The position numbers and the translations under genes were made by a program. Shown in pieces: positions 7,561 through 15,910 of a stretch of DNA of 32,000 nt (within the stretch, counting starts at the first letter, position 1; each line of letters starts with the position of its first letter). The DNA comes from Microcystis aeruginosa NIES-843 (lineage in GTDB: Bacteria; Cyanobacteriota; Cyanobacteriia; Cyanobacteriales; Microcystaceae): positions 2,130,001 through 2,162,000 of the forward strand of contig NC_010296.1 in NCBI RefSeq assembly GCF_000010625.1, in the 5' to 3' direction. A model generated the notes under the pieces. That model saw nothing but the letters and a program-made list of their open reading frames with translations. It ran no database searches and was not told the DNA's origin.

Positions 7561-9657
7561 CTATTCTTGGAATATTTTGATAATTTCGTTTTTTTCATCT
7601 GATGAAAATTCTATACTTTTTAACTTGGCAATTAATTCTTGCTTTTCCCTGTCATTTTTATATCTCTTGGTATTAAGAGTATCTCGATAAACCTTCTTCA
7701 TTTGTTGAAGTTCTTCGGGGGTTGGATAGGTAAACTCAAGAGCAAAATTTCTCGATTTAATTTCCTGAAATTCCCTCTCTAAAGCTTGCATATTTGCTCC
7801 ATAACCAATAACTCTTAACCAAGCTTTACTTCTAGTCATCGCTGTAAATAAAATATTGCGGTTACTAGCAATTTGTGAACCAGATAAACATTCTTGAGCG
7901 TTAATGAAATAAACCATTGCCGCTTCATTGCCTTTTGCACGATAAATCTGTGTAAAAGCAATCGAGTTTTCTTGAAAAAACTCATCGGGAGAAGATGTGC
8001 TGCCTGCTAAATGAGAATTAATATTTTTTGTAAATAACATTTCTCTAGCTTTTCCAAAAACGTTGCGAGCATTTTTAGGTATTGGATGGATAACCATAAT
8101 ATCTTGGCATCTTAATTCATCTTCCTTGAGATTCTTGGCAATTTGTTCCACTAGCCATTCAAATTGCTCCTGATTGTTATCGAAAGATTTAAAGTTGATA
8201 ATATCATCGATAGAAGAATGTTCTTCAAGGAATTTAGGACTGGTTTTGGGGGTTCTAATCAGTTTAACAAATTCTCCTGATTTTAATTCTCCTTCTTCAA
8301 CCTCATAACCAATATCTTGCCATAATTGACGATTATCAAACATTTGAATTAGTCCCTGTGGATAATAAACTCCAAAACCTAGAGCATGAGCAGAGGACAG
8401 AATAGGACGAGAATTTCTGTAACAAGTATTTAAAACCACATCTTGTTGGGGTTCGCTGGGTAAATTCTCCAATTTAACTCTAGGATTACCATGATTATCA
8501 TTTCCAAAAATAACTTCGGGAGAATGCATGACTTTACTATTTAAGCTTTGCAACTCATCATAGGCATAAACTAAACGTTTATCATCTTTCAAGATTTCAT
8601 AGCAGAGTCTTAAGAAGTCTTGAGGAAAATCTTGAGCTTCATCAATTAAAATAAGATCATAATATTGATGAAATTTTTTAATCTCTCGGAAGGCTTTTTG
8701 ACAGGCAAAGTCAAAAGGTTCTTCATGCGAATATGTTAGGTTGTCTGCTTGACTAAAACCTAAATATTCAATATTATGTCGTTTACATAGCTCATAATAA
8801 ATTCCTTCTATCTTAGGACTTCCCCACGCATGAATAATTTTTACTTTTTCCCAGTCTGGTTCGGAATTTTTATGCTCATAACTAAACCGAGTAATTAAAT
8901 CTTTGTATTGATCCTTTAACGAGCGTGTATAGAAGGTAACAGCAATATTCCAATCGGGATGAGTTGCATGAAGATAAGCTACTTTCAGCGCTAAGACAAT
9001 TGTTTTTCCCGAACCTGCTAAACCTCTAATTCTTTGTACACCTTTAGTGGTTTCTAAAACAGCCTTATTTTGAGTTTCATCAAGATTAGCGATAGAATCT
9101 TCTAATTTTTTTAACTTTGCTCCCCTAGAATCTCGTTTAACAACATAACTGCGAGCGTCTTTTTTTCTAATGGTTGTAACAGCTTGTATAACTGAGTTGA
9201 CTTTCTCGAAATATTCAGAATCATTGCCTTGACATTTCTTGATAAAATTATCAAGATCTTCATCTTTAATAAGAACAGGATATTCCTCTCGGTTAATTGC
9301 TTCTGGATAATTATTCCAAATCGGTGCATAGGTGGCTACAGAAATGCTAACCATTAGCTTTCTTTTTTGAACAAGCTCTTTATAAGACAGCAGTTTTGCT
9401 TCTAACTTGGTTATGCTCTCGTCTTGAGTGCCTTCAATATCCAAATCATAATTTTTTCCCTCATCAATATTAAAAATAATAACCCCTTGCTGACGAGAGA
9501 CTAATAGAGCATCAATTTGATATCCTCCTTGGGGAGTTCCAATAATAGGATAGCCGATATACAATGTTCCCTCTATATCTGTTCTTTCCTCAAAATATTT
9601 AGCTAATCTTTGAGAAGATACAGGTTTAGCTGAAGAACCGCGAATAACGTTAACCAT
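7561..9657 (-). CDS. Superfamily-1 (UvrD/DUF2075-like) helicase with an N-terminal nuclease-like (NERD/PD-(D/E)xK-like) region
   Basis: Walker A GLAGSGKT (~9003-9026), motif II LILIDEAQDF (~8632-8660), CYRNSRPIL, IYRAKGNEAAMVYFI, LFTAMTRSKAWLRVIG. The N-terminus ...YQIDALLVSRQQGVIIFNIDEGK... resembles a D...(D/E)xK core, but this is tentative. Confidence 0.85.
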   Translation of the reverse strand: MVNVIRGSSAKPVSSQRLAKYFEERTDIEGTLYIGYPIIGTPQGGYQIDALLVSRQQGVIIFNIDEGKNYDLDIEGTQDESITKLEAKLLSYKELVQKRKLMVSISVATYAPIWNNYPEAINREEYPVLIKDEDLDNFIKKCQGNDSEYFEKVNSVIQAVTTIRKKDARSYVVKRDSRGAKLKKLEDSIANLDETQNKAVLETTKGVQRIRGLAGSGKTIVLALKVAYLHATHPDWNIAVTFYTRSLKDQYKDLITRFSYEHKNSEPDWEKVKIIHAWGSPKIEGIYYELCKRHNIEYLGFSQADNLTYSHEEPFDFACQKAFREIKKFHQYYDLILIDEAQDFPQDFLRLCYEILKDDKRLVYAYDELQSLNSKVMHSPEVIFGNDNHGNPRVKLENLPSEPQQDVVLNTCYRNSRPILSSAHALGFGVYYPQGLIQMFDNRQLWQDIGYEVEEGELKSGEFVKLIRTPKTSPKFLEEHSSIDDIINFKSFDNNQEQFEWLVEQIAKNLKEDELRCQDIMVIHPIPKNARNVFGKAREMLFTKNINSHLAGSTSSPDEFFQENSIAFTQIYRAKGNEAAMVYFINAQECLSGSQIASNRNILFTAMTRSKAWLRVIGYGANMQALEREFQEIKSRNFALEFTYPTPEELQQMKKVYRDTLNTKRYKNDREKQELIAKLKSIEFSSDEKNEIIKIFQE

Positions 9658-9811
9658 AATTTTTACCTCGGGAGTTCTTTTAGCAGAATCATTAGATGCC
9701 TATTGATTCTTGAGGAGGGCAACAAAATTACTATAGCATTTTTTCAACCATCAAGTCATGTTATGCTCATCGGTTAATCCCCAGTTTTGACCTAAAGCTA
9801 TAAATTATAGC

Positions 9812-9908
9812 TATTAAGTAGGGAGGCACAATTATTTGTAGGATGGGTTAGCGGTAGCGTAACATGAGTGGGCGTTGGGTTTCATGCTTCAACCCAACCT
9901 ACGTTCTA
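9812..9908 (+). repeat. ~97-bp dispersed hairpin repeat (MITE-like), copy 1
   Basis: Near-identical to 27425-27521 in the same orientation. It contains the inverted arms gtaggatgggtt ... aacccaacctac. It sits directly 3' of the mrpB stop. Confidence 0.9.
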
Positions 9909-9928
9909 TAGATATAGATATTAACCTC

Positions 9929-10591
9929 TCACAATAAACCGCGATAGCGGATAAAAACGAGGATTACTGCCCAGGAACCTAAAGCTACTTTAACGGCGAC
10001 TAAAATATTTAGTATCGGTAAAATACCACCACTAAATAGCGCCCCTAATTCCCCGTGGGGTAACTCAAATCCTGAGAGAGTAATGGCGGCTAAAACAATA
10101 AAAACTAAGACGGAAATTTTCTCCCATGTTGCCGCTTGCCAACGGCGATAAATTGCTTGCATCCATTCGGGAGACGAGATAATTGCTATTAAACCAATTG
10201 CCGTACCTCCGGCGACTCCGGCGGCAAAACCTCCCCCCGGACTTAAATGGCCGCGGATAGCTAATTCAATGCCCACTAAAGCGGCAATTGTTGACCCCAA
10301 ACGGGCTAAAATAATTGAAGGTTGGTCGGTAAATTGATGGATTTTACTGGCGGGTTTTTCGGTGGCTAGAAGAAAATTCGCCCCCATAATGGCAATGGTA
10401 AAAACAACCACTTCATAGATGGTGTCGTAGAGACGATTACGAAAAATAACCACCGAAACCGCATTAGGAACACCGCCGTCGTCCACCAGGGATTTAACAA
10501 TTTCTAAGGATGATACAGAGGAAGCAGTATTGGGAATAATTACCATTTTGACAGCGAAGGCAATGGCGGCTAGAGTGTAAATCCATTTCAT
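9929..10591 (-). CDS. mrpB: Na+/H+ (monovalent cation/H+) antiporter subunit B (MnhB domain)
   Basis: 220-aa polytopic protein that is last in an operon after E-F-G and a DUF4040 protein. Gly-rich TM segment SPGGGFAAGVAGG. Overlaps the upstream stop by 1 nt. Confidence 0.8.
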   Translation of the reverse strand: MKWIYTLAAIAFAVKMVIIPNTASSVSSLEIVKSLVDDGGVPNAVSVVIFRNRLYDTIYEVVVFTIAIMGANFLLATEKPASKIHQFTDQPSIILARLGSTIAALVGIELAIRGHLSPGGGFAAGVAGGTAIGLIAIISSPEWMQAIYRRWQAATWEKISVLVFIVLAAITLSGFELPHGELGALFSGGILPILNILVAVKVALGSWAVILVFIRYRGLL

Positions 10592-11133
10592 TAGTGTTTC
10601 TCCTCTAATTTTGGGGTTTCAATACAGGTTAAAATCGTGTTGGCTGCCGTTAATTCATTTTTAAAAATATCGTAGAGATAGGGTAATCTAATTGTGGTTT
10701 CGTAGGGGATGGTTTCTGGATTGTCTTGACGGATACAGACGGCATGAATATCCTTATCCATAAGTGCCTGTTGCAAAGCTTGCCTGTCACTGTAGGCAAC
10801 TAATTCTAAACGCATAAAACGTTTACTTAAAACCGTTTGTAGTTGAGTTTTTAACTGTTCTAAAACCGTATCGGTTTCCTCGGCAATTACTCCTAAACGC
10901 ATCACTAAAGAGGAACGAATCGCCACCGCGTAGAGAGTTACGGCTAACATGGTTCCCATCAAAGCTTCGGTTAAAGATACATCTGCTGCCCCTAATAAAG
11001 CATAGACTAAGGCTGCTATTGCCCCTAAAACCCCGCGAATTACTAGAGCTTGGTAGGGATTAGATTGTAACATCACCATCGCCGCAGTTAAAGGCAAGAG
11101 GGCAACAATAACATAGAGATAACTTTCATTCAT
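10591..11133 (-). CDS. DUF4040-type small MrpA-like subunit with a soluble C-terminal extension
   Basis: The N-terminal ~75 aa form two or three TM helices (LPLTAAMVMLQSNPYQALVIRGVLGAIAALVYALLGAADVSLTEALMG), typical of the DUF4040/MrpA C-terminal region. The position between mrpG and mrpB matches the cyanobacterial mrp...GAB order. Confidence 0.7.
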   Translation of the reverse strand: MNESYLYVIVALLPLTAAMVMLQSNPYQALVIRGVLGAIAALVYALLGAADVSLTEALMGTMLAVTLYAVAIRSSLVMRLGVIAEETDTVLEQLKTQLQTVLSKRFMRLELVAYSDRQALQQALMDKDIHAVCIRQDNPETIPYETTIRLPYLYDIFKNELTAANTILTCIETPKLEEKH

Positions 11134-11141
11134 CTTTAATT

Positions 11142-11411
11142 TTACTCTCGATCGCTAGAAGTATAAGCTAAAACGTAGCCTAACATGGTGTTCCAAATTG
11201 CTAGGGAAATTATTGCCAATAATAATAAAGGCCAATTTTGGGGAACTTTCAAAAGTAGCCCGAAAATAATCGCCATGGAACCCAAAGTATCAGCGACAGA
11301 TAGACCGTGTAATTTATATAATACCGAGCGCTTGTCTAAAAGATGCGCCGTTCCCCAAAACCAGAAAAAAACTCCGATAGCGATGCAGATATAACTGAAA
11401 ATGTCAATCAT
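11142..11411 (-). CDS. mrpG: Antiporter subunit G
   Basis: 89 aa with three TM segments. MnhG-like KLHGLSVADTLGSMAIIFGLLL. 4-nt overlap with mrpF. Confidence 0.8.
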   Translation of the reverse strand: MIDIFSYICIAIGVFFWFWGTAHLLDKRSVLYKLHGLSVADTLGSMAIIFGLLLKVPQNWPLLLLAIISLAIWNTMLGYVLAYTSSDRE

Positions 11412-11659
11412 GATTCGTTCAATCGTTTAAGAATTTGTGCTAATAACATAAAACCAGCATTACCGACACTGAGAATAATCACTGCTACCACTCCAATCAT
11501 CCAATCATCCCGCAGAACTGACACCACTAGAATAATAATCGATGATTTACTGGAAGCACTGGCAAAGGCGGCCATTTTTTGCCAGATGTCATCATTTTTT
11601 GCCACTTCATAAAGGGGAATTAATAGGGCGACAATCATGGCAATGAGAACAATATTCAT
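11408..11659 (-). CDS. mrpF: Antiporter subunit F
   Basis: 83-aa three-TM protein between E and G, with 4-nt overlaps on both sides. Confidence 0.75.
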   Translation of the reverse strand: MNIVLIAMIVALLIPLYEVAKNDDIWQKMAAFASASSKSSIIILVVSVLRDDWMIGVVAVIILSVGNAGFMLLAQILKRLNES

Positions 11660-12039
11660 CCCTGGGAACTCCGTTTAATTACATGAACTTCATAACCCTC
11701 ATTTTCCTTGTATTCGGTGACGATAGTTTTCGGGGTAAAGGTAATGAGAAATATATCCCAAAAAGCTAATCTGGGTGAACGTTTACCCGAAATTCTCTCG
11801 AAAATAATTTCTTCTTCCTTGTGGGGACGAAAGATGATTTCAAACGCTTCCTTATAAGCTTGGGGAATAGCCATAAAGACTTTAATTATTACCTTTAACC
11901 AATCGCCTAAAGTTTCGCTAGAGGCGAAATTACGGGGCAAAAGAAAAGCAATAGCAACCCCGATCATAATATTAGCAGGGGTGAAATTAGCGGTGAGCAA
12001 AAACCACATAGTTAAACGCAGAATTATATGTCCGATCAT
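11656..12039 (-). CDS. mrpE: Antiporter subunit E
   Basis: MnhE-like, with an ITFTPKTIV motif (compare ITLTPGT). I prefer ATG at 12039, which forms an ATGA overlap with the mrpD stop. The ORF-track start at 12054 is a TTG. Confidence 0.8.
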   Translation of the reverse strand: MIGHIILRLTMWFLLTANFTPANIMIGVAIAFLLPRNFASSETLGDWLKVIIKVFMAIPQAYKEAFEIIFRPHKEEEIIFERISGKRSPRLAFWDIFLITFTPKTIVTEYKENEGYEVHVIKRSSQG

Positions 12040-13469
12040 GCGAATACCATCCAAAATAATAGAACTAACATTATACTCATCATACCGACGAGATTATCAA
12101 ATTGTTCCCAGGCTCGCGATAATTTTATGGATAACTTTTTGAAAACTCCCAGATATAACCACCACCCGGCACCGATGACAGCTAAAGCTTTGATAATATT
12201 GGGTAGATTATAAGCTTCAACATAGACGGCATTGGATAAAAATAGGGCGGCAAGGAGCAGAATTATTGCTGTCCAGAAACCGATAGTTAGCTTCTGTTTG
12301 CTTTCGCCACCTGCGTGGGGTAAAAAGATAAATTTAGCAAAGGAAATCGCCGTCCCCACCGCCACAAGATTGATCATAATCTCTTGCCAAGGTAATAAAT
12401 TTTTCATCGTTAACGCTTTCGCCCCAAAACCGGATAATAAGGGGAATCCAGAGATGGAAAAACTGGCGATAACAATAGCAATCCAGAGGGAATTAGGGAG
12501 CGATTGTTGCTGTAATTCTTTAAAATTGCGACTGGGTAAAACTCCCACTAACAGAAATAGGGAAGATTTAACTAATCCGTGGGTAAGGGTATAAAAACCG
12601 CTCACCGGTGGGGCAGCCAAAATAAAACCCAGCTGCACGATCGTGCTAAAGGCTAACATCCGCTTGCTATCCTTTTCAAAAATCATATAGGGTACACCAA
12701 AAATCGCCGTTAGCACCCCGAAAAGCCGAATTAGTCCATCCAAATCCTCTAGGATTAAAGCACAGCGCAGGAGGGGAAAAATGCCCGCTTTTACCACCAC
12801 CCCTGACATCAGCGCCGAGACAGAGGTTTCCGATTCCGAGTGTGTCATCGGTAGCCATAATCCCGAGACAAAGATTCCCCCTTTGACTAATAATCCCATG
12901 AAGATTAAAGCCAAGGCTTCGGGAGGTGCGTCCTTTAAACCAGCAAAAGCAAAGGAATTATTGGCTTTATAGACTAAAACTGCGCCAATAAGGTAAAATA
13001 ACATCGCCACATTGCTGATAAACAGATAACGCAGGGCAACCCAGAGAGAGCGATCGCTGCGAGGATAGGCAATCACCAGAAAAGCGGCAATACTAATTAC
13101 TTCTAAGGCAACGTAAACGCTAATAAAATCTTCACAGACGAAGACAGAATTAATGCTGCCGTGGAGAATGATAGCTTGGGCGTAAAAAAAGGCGGTTTTG
13201 CTACTTTCCCAATTATAAAAGATCACCGCCATGGTCACCAGGGCATTGGTGAGGATAAAATAGGCACTTAACTGATCGGCTACCAGTTTCACGCCATAAT
13301 TATCCAGTAGGTTGAGGGTTATGGGGGCGGATTGGCCTAATAGAAGGAAGGAATGGCCAGAGGATAATATGGCGGCGAGAGCAAGATATTTGTCTAATCG
13401 CGGCAATAAATAGATGATAAAGCCGATCAAAAAGGGTAAACTTATCCAAGCGATCGTTAAAGTATTCAT
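12036..13469 (-). CDS. mrpD: Antiporter subunit D / NuoN-M-like proton-pumping subunit, paralogue c (477 aa)
   Basis: Polytopic protein with the NADH-quinone oxidoreductase chain M/N-like core (WLPMTHSESETSVSALMSGVVVKAG). The central ~0.7 kb is identical to the other two copies. The C-terminal ~110 aa are distinct. Confidence 0.9.
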   Translation of the reverse strand: MNTLTIAWISLPFLIGFIIYLLPRLDKYLALAAILSSGHSFLLLGQSAPITLNLLDNYGVKLVADQLSAYFILTNALVTMAVIFYNWESSKTAFFYAQAIILHGSINSVFVCEDFISVYVALEVISIAAFLVIAYPRSDRSLWVALRYLFISNVAMLFYLIGAVLVYKANNSFAFAGLKDAPPEALALIFMGLLVKGGIFVSGLWLPMTHSESETSVSALMSGVVVKAGIFPLLRCALILEDLDGLIRLFGVLTAIFGVPYMIFEKDSKRMLAFSTIVQLGFILAAPPVSGFYTLTHGLVKSSLFLLVGVLPSRNFKELQQQSLPNSLWIAIVIASFSISGFPLLSGFGAKALTMKNLLPWQEIMINLVAVGTAISFAKFIFLPHAGGESKQKLTIGFWTAIILLLAALFLSNAVYVEAYNLPNIIKALAVIGAGWWLYLGVFKKLSIKLSRAWEQFDNLVGMMSIMLVLLFWMVFA

Positions 13470-13813
13470 GGTGTGTTATTTTTTTCTATCTCGCTGCTGT
13501 CGAGGGTGGGGTTATCTTTGGCTAATTTCATCACTCCCACCAGCATTAACGCCTGAATGGAAAAACCGATGACGATCGCTGTTAAAATCACTGCTTGGGG
13601 TACAGGATCGGCGTAATTTTGCTGTTTAACTGTACCGAGGATGGGAGTAAATAAACCGTCACGGGAAGAAATCACCACATAGTAGGCGATAACGCCCGTA
13701 CTCATGACATCCATGGCGATAATCTTCATGATTAAGTTTTTTTTCAGGAATGTTCCTAAAAATCCGCACAAAACGGTGGCGAATACAAACAACTCTAGCA
13801 GGGGAATCGTCAC
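13466..13813 (-). CDS. mrpC: Antiporter subunit C (NuoK-like), copy 1
   Basis: 115 aa with three TM segments. ADPVPQAVILTAIVIGFS motif typical of MnhC/NuoK. 4-nt overlap with the downstream mrpD. Confidence 0.88.
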   Translation of the reverse strand: MTIPLLELFVFATVLCGFLGTFLKKNLIMKIIAMDVMSTGVIAYYVVISSRDGLFTPILGTVKQQNYADPVPQAVILTAIVIGFSIQALMLVGVMKLAKDNPTLDSSEIEKNNTP

Positions 13814-13859
13814 TGGGCTTCTTGATTAGATTTGGTTATGAGTCAAAATACTTTTTCTA

Positions 13860-13889
13860 ATTATCCTCGATCGAGTCCCAATTGATCAA
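13860..13889 (-). promoter_or_regulatory. Promoter-like core upstream of mrpC copy 1
   Basis: Minus-strand reading is TTGATC (13889-13884), an 18-nt spacer, then GATAAT (13865-13860). It lies inside a ~50-nt block conserved at four sites in the window. Confidence 0.4.
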
Positions 13890-13956
13890 AAAATTCTCAG
13901 GCTTTGCCGCTTCTTCCTTGAATCATCGGTGAATTGGTGAAGATCTATAGTTACTA

Positions 13957-15423
13957 TTAGCTAAAAGCTAGGAATGAGGGAGCTAATTGGGCTAGAATTG
14001 AAAGGAACAACAGCATTAATATAACAGCCATCATACCGACGAGATTATCAAATTGTTCCCAAGCTGTTGATAATTGTAAGGACAGCTTTTTAAATATCCC
14101 TAGATACAACCCCCAACCGATAGCAATAATCCCTAAAGCTTTGCTGATATTTCCCAGATTGTAGGCATCGAAATAGACAGCATTGGCTACAAATAAGGCA
14201 GTTAACAATAGTATTATTCCTAACCAACCACTCAAGGTTAACTTTCTCCCAGTGGTAACTTTTGCGTGGGGTAAAAAGATAAATTTGGCAGTGGCGATCG
14301 CTGTACCTACGGCTGCTAAATTGATGGCTACCTCTTGCCAAGGTAATAAATTTTTCATCGTTAACGCTTTCGCCCCAAAACCAGATAATAAGGGGAATCC
14401 AGAGATGGAAAAACTGGCGATAACAATAGCAATCCAGAGGGAATTAGGGATCGATTGTTGCTGTAATTCTTTAAAATTGCGACTGGGTAAAACTCCCGCT
14501 AATAGAAATAGGGAAGATTTAACTAAACCGTGGGTAAGGGTATAAAAACCACTGACTACCGGGGCGGCTAAAATAAAACCCAGCTGCACGATCGTGCTAA
14601 AGGCTAACATCCGCTTGCTATCCTTTTCAAAAATCATATAGGGTACACCAAAAATCGCCGTTAGCACCCCGAAAAGCCGAATTAGTCCATCCAAATCCTC
14701 TAGGATTAAAGCACAGCGCAGGAGGGGAAAAATGCCCGCTTTTACCACCACCCCTGACATCAGCGCCGAGACAGAGGTTTCCGATTCCGAGTGTGTCATC
14801 GGTAGCCATAATCCCGAGACAAAGATTCCCCCTTTGACTAATAATCCCATGAAGATTAAAGCCAAGGCTTCGGGAGGTGCGTCCTTTAAACCAGCAAAAG
14901 CAAAGGAATTATTGGCTTTATAGACTAAAACTGCGCCAATAAGGTAAAATAACATCGCCACATTGCTGATAAACAGATAACGCAGGGCAACCCAGAGAGA
15001 GCGATCGCTGCGAGGATAGGCAATCACCAGAAAAGCGGCAATACTAATTACTTCTAAGGCAACGTAAACGCTAATAAAATCTTCACAGACGAAGACAGAA
15101 TTAATGCTGCCGTGGAGAATGATAGCTTGGGCGTAAAAAAAGGCGGTTTTGCTACTTTCCCAATTATAAAAGATCACCGCCATGGTCACCAGGGCATTGG
15201 TGAGGATAAAATAGGCACTTAACTGATCGGCTACCAGTTTCACGCCATAATTATCCAGTAGGTTGAGGGTTATGGGGGCGGATTGGCTAAATAGAAGGAG
15301 AGAATAGGCGAGAGAGATAATAGTGGCGGCGAGAGCAAGATATTTGTCTAATCGCGGCAATAAATAGATGATAAAGCCGATCAAAAAGGGTAAACTTATC
15401 CAAGCGATCGTTAAAGTATTCAT
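13957..15423 (-). CDS. mrpD: Antiporter subunit D, paralogue b (488 aa)
   Basis: Same family as above. The last ~440 aa are identical to paralogue a. The first 33 aa and the central tract are identical to paralogue c. Confidence 0.9.
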   Translation of the reverse strand: MNTLTIAWISLPFLIGFIIYLLPRLDKYLALAATIISLAYSLLLFSQSAPITLNLLDNYGVKLVADQLSAYFILTNALVTMAVIFYNWESSKTAFFYAQAIILHGSINSVFVCEDFISVYVALEVISIAAFLVIAYPRSDRSLWVALRYLFISNVAMLFYLIGAVLVYKANNSFAFAGLKDAPPEALALIFMGLLVKGGIFVSGLWLPMTHSESETSVSALMSGVVVKAGIFPLLRCALILEDLDGLIRLFGVLTAIFGVPYMIFEKDSKRMLAFSTIVQLGFILAAPVVSGFYTLTHGLVKSSLFLLAGVLPSRNFKELQQQSIPNSLWIAIVIASFSISGFPLLSGFGAKALTMKNLLPWQEVAINLAAVGTAIATAKFIFLPHAKVTTGRKLTLSGWLGIILLLTALFVANAVYFDAYNLGNISKALGIIAIGWGLYLGIFKKLSLQLSTAWEQFDNLVGMMAVILMLLFLSILAQLAPSFLAFS

Positions 15424-15767
15424 GGTGTGTTATTTTTTTCTATCTCGCTGCTGTCGAGGGTGGGGTTATCTTTGGCTAATTTCATCACTCCCACCAGCAT
15501 TAACGCCTGAATGGAAAAACCGATGACGATCGCTGTTAAAATCACTGCTTGGGGTACAGGATCGGCGTAATTTTGCTGTTTAACTGTACCGAGGATGGGA
15601 GTAAATAAACCGTCACGGGAAGAAATCACCACATAGTAGGCGATAACGCCCGTACTCATGACATCCATGGCGATAATCTTCATGATTAAGTTTTTTTTCA
15701 GGAATGTTCCTAAAAATCCGCACAAAACGGTGGCGAATACAAACAACTCTAGCAGGGGAATCGTCAC
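15420..15767 (-). CDS. mrpC: Antiporter subunit C, copy 2 (identical to copy 1)
   Basis: The 115-aa translation is identical to 13466-13813, at an exact +1954 offset. Confidence 0.88.
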   Translation of the reverse strand: MTIPLLELFVFATVLCGFLGTFLKKNLIMKIIAMDVMSTGVIAYYVVISSRDGLFTPILGTVKQQNYADPVPQAVILTAIVIGFSIQALMLVGVMKLAKDNPTLDSSEIEKNNTP

Positions 15768-15813
15768 TGGGCTTCTTGATTAGATTTGGTTATGAGTCAA
15801 AATACTTTTTCTA

Positions 15814-15843
15814 ATTATCCTCGATCGAGTCCCAATTGATCAA
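15814..15843 (-). promoter_or_regulatory. Promoter-like core upstream of mrpC copy 2
   Basis: Exact +1954 copy of 13860-13889. Confidence 0.4.
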
Positions 15844-15910
15844 AAAATTCTCAGGCTTTGCCGCTTCTTCCTTGAATCATCGGTGAATTGGTGAAGATCT
15901 ATAGTTACTA

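Noticed and set aside
11185-11612. Plus-strand ORFs 11185-11394 and 11343-11612
   Set aside because: They are antisense to mrpG and mrpF, which have convincing membrane-subunit sequences and operon coupling.
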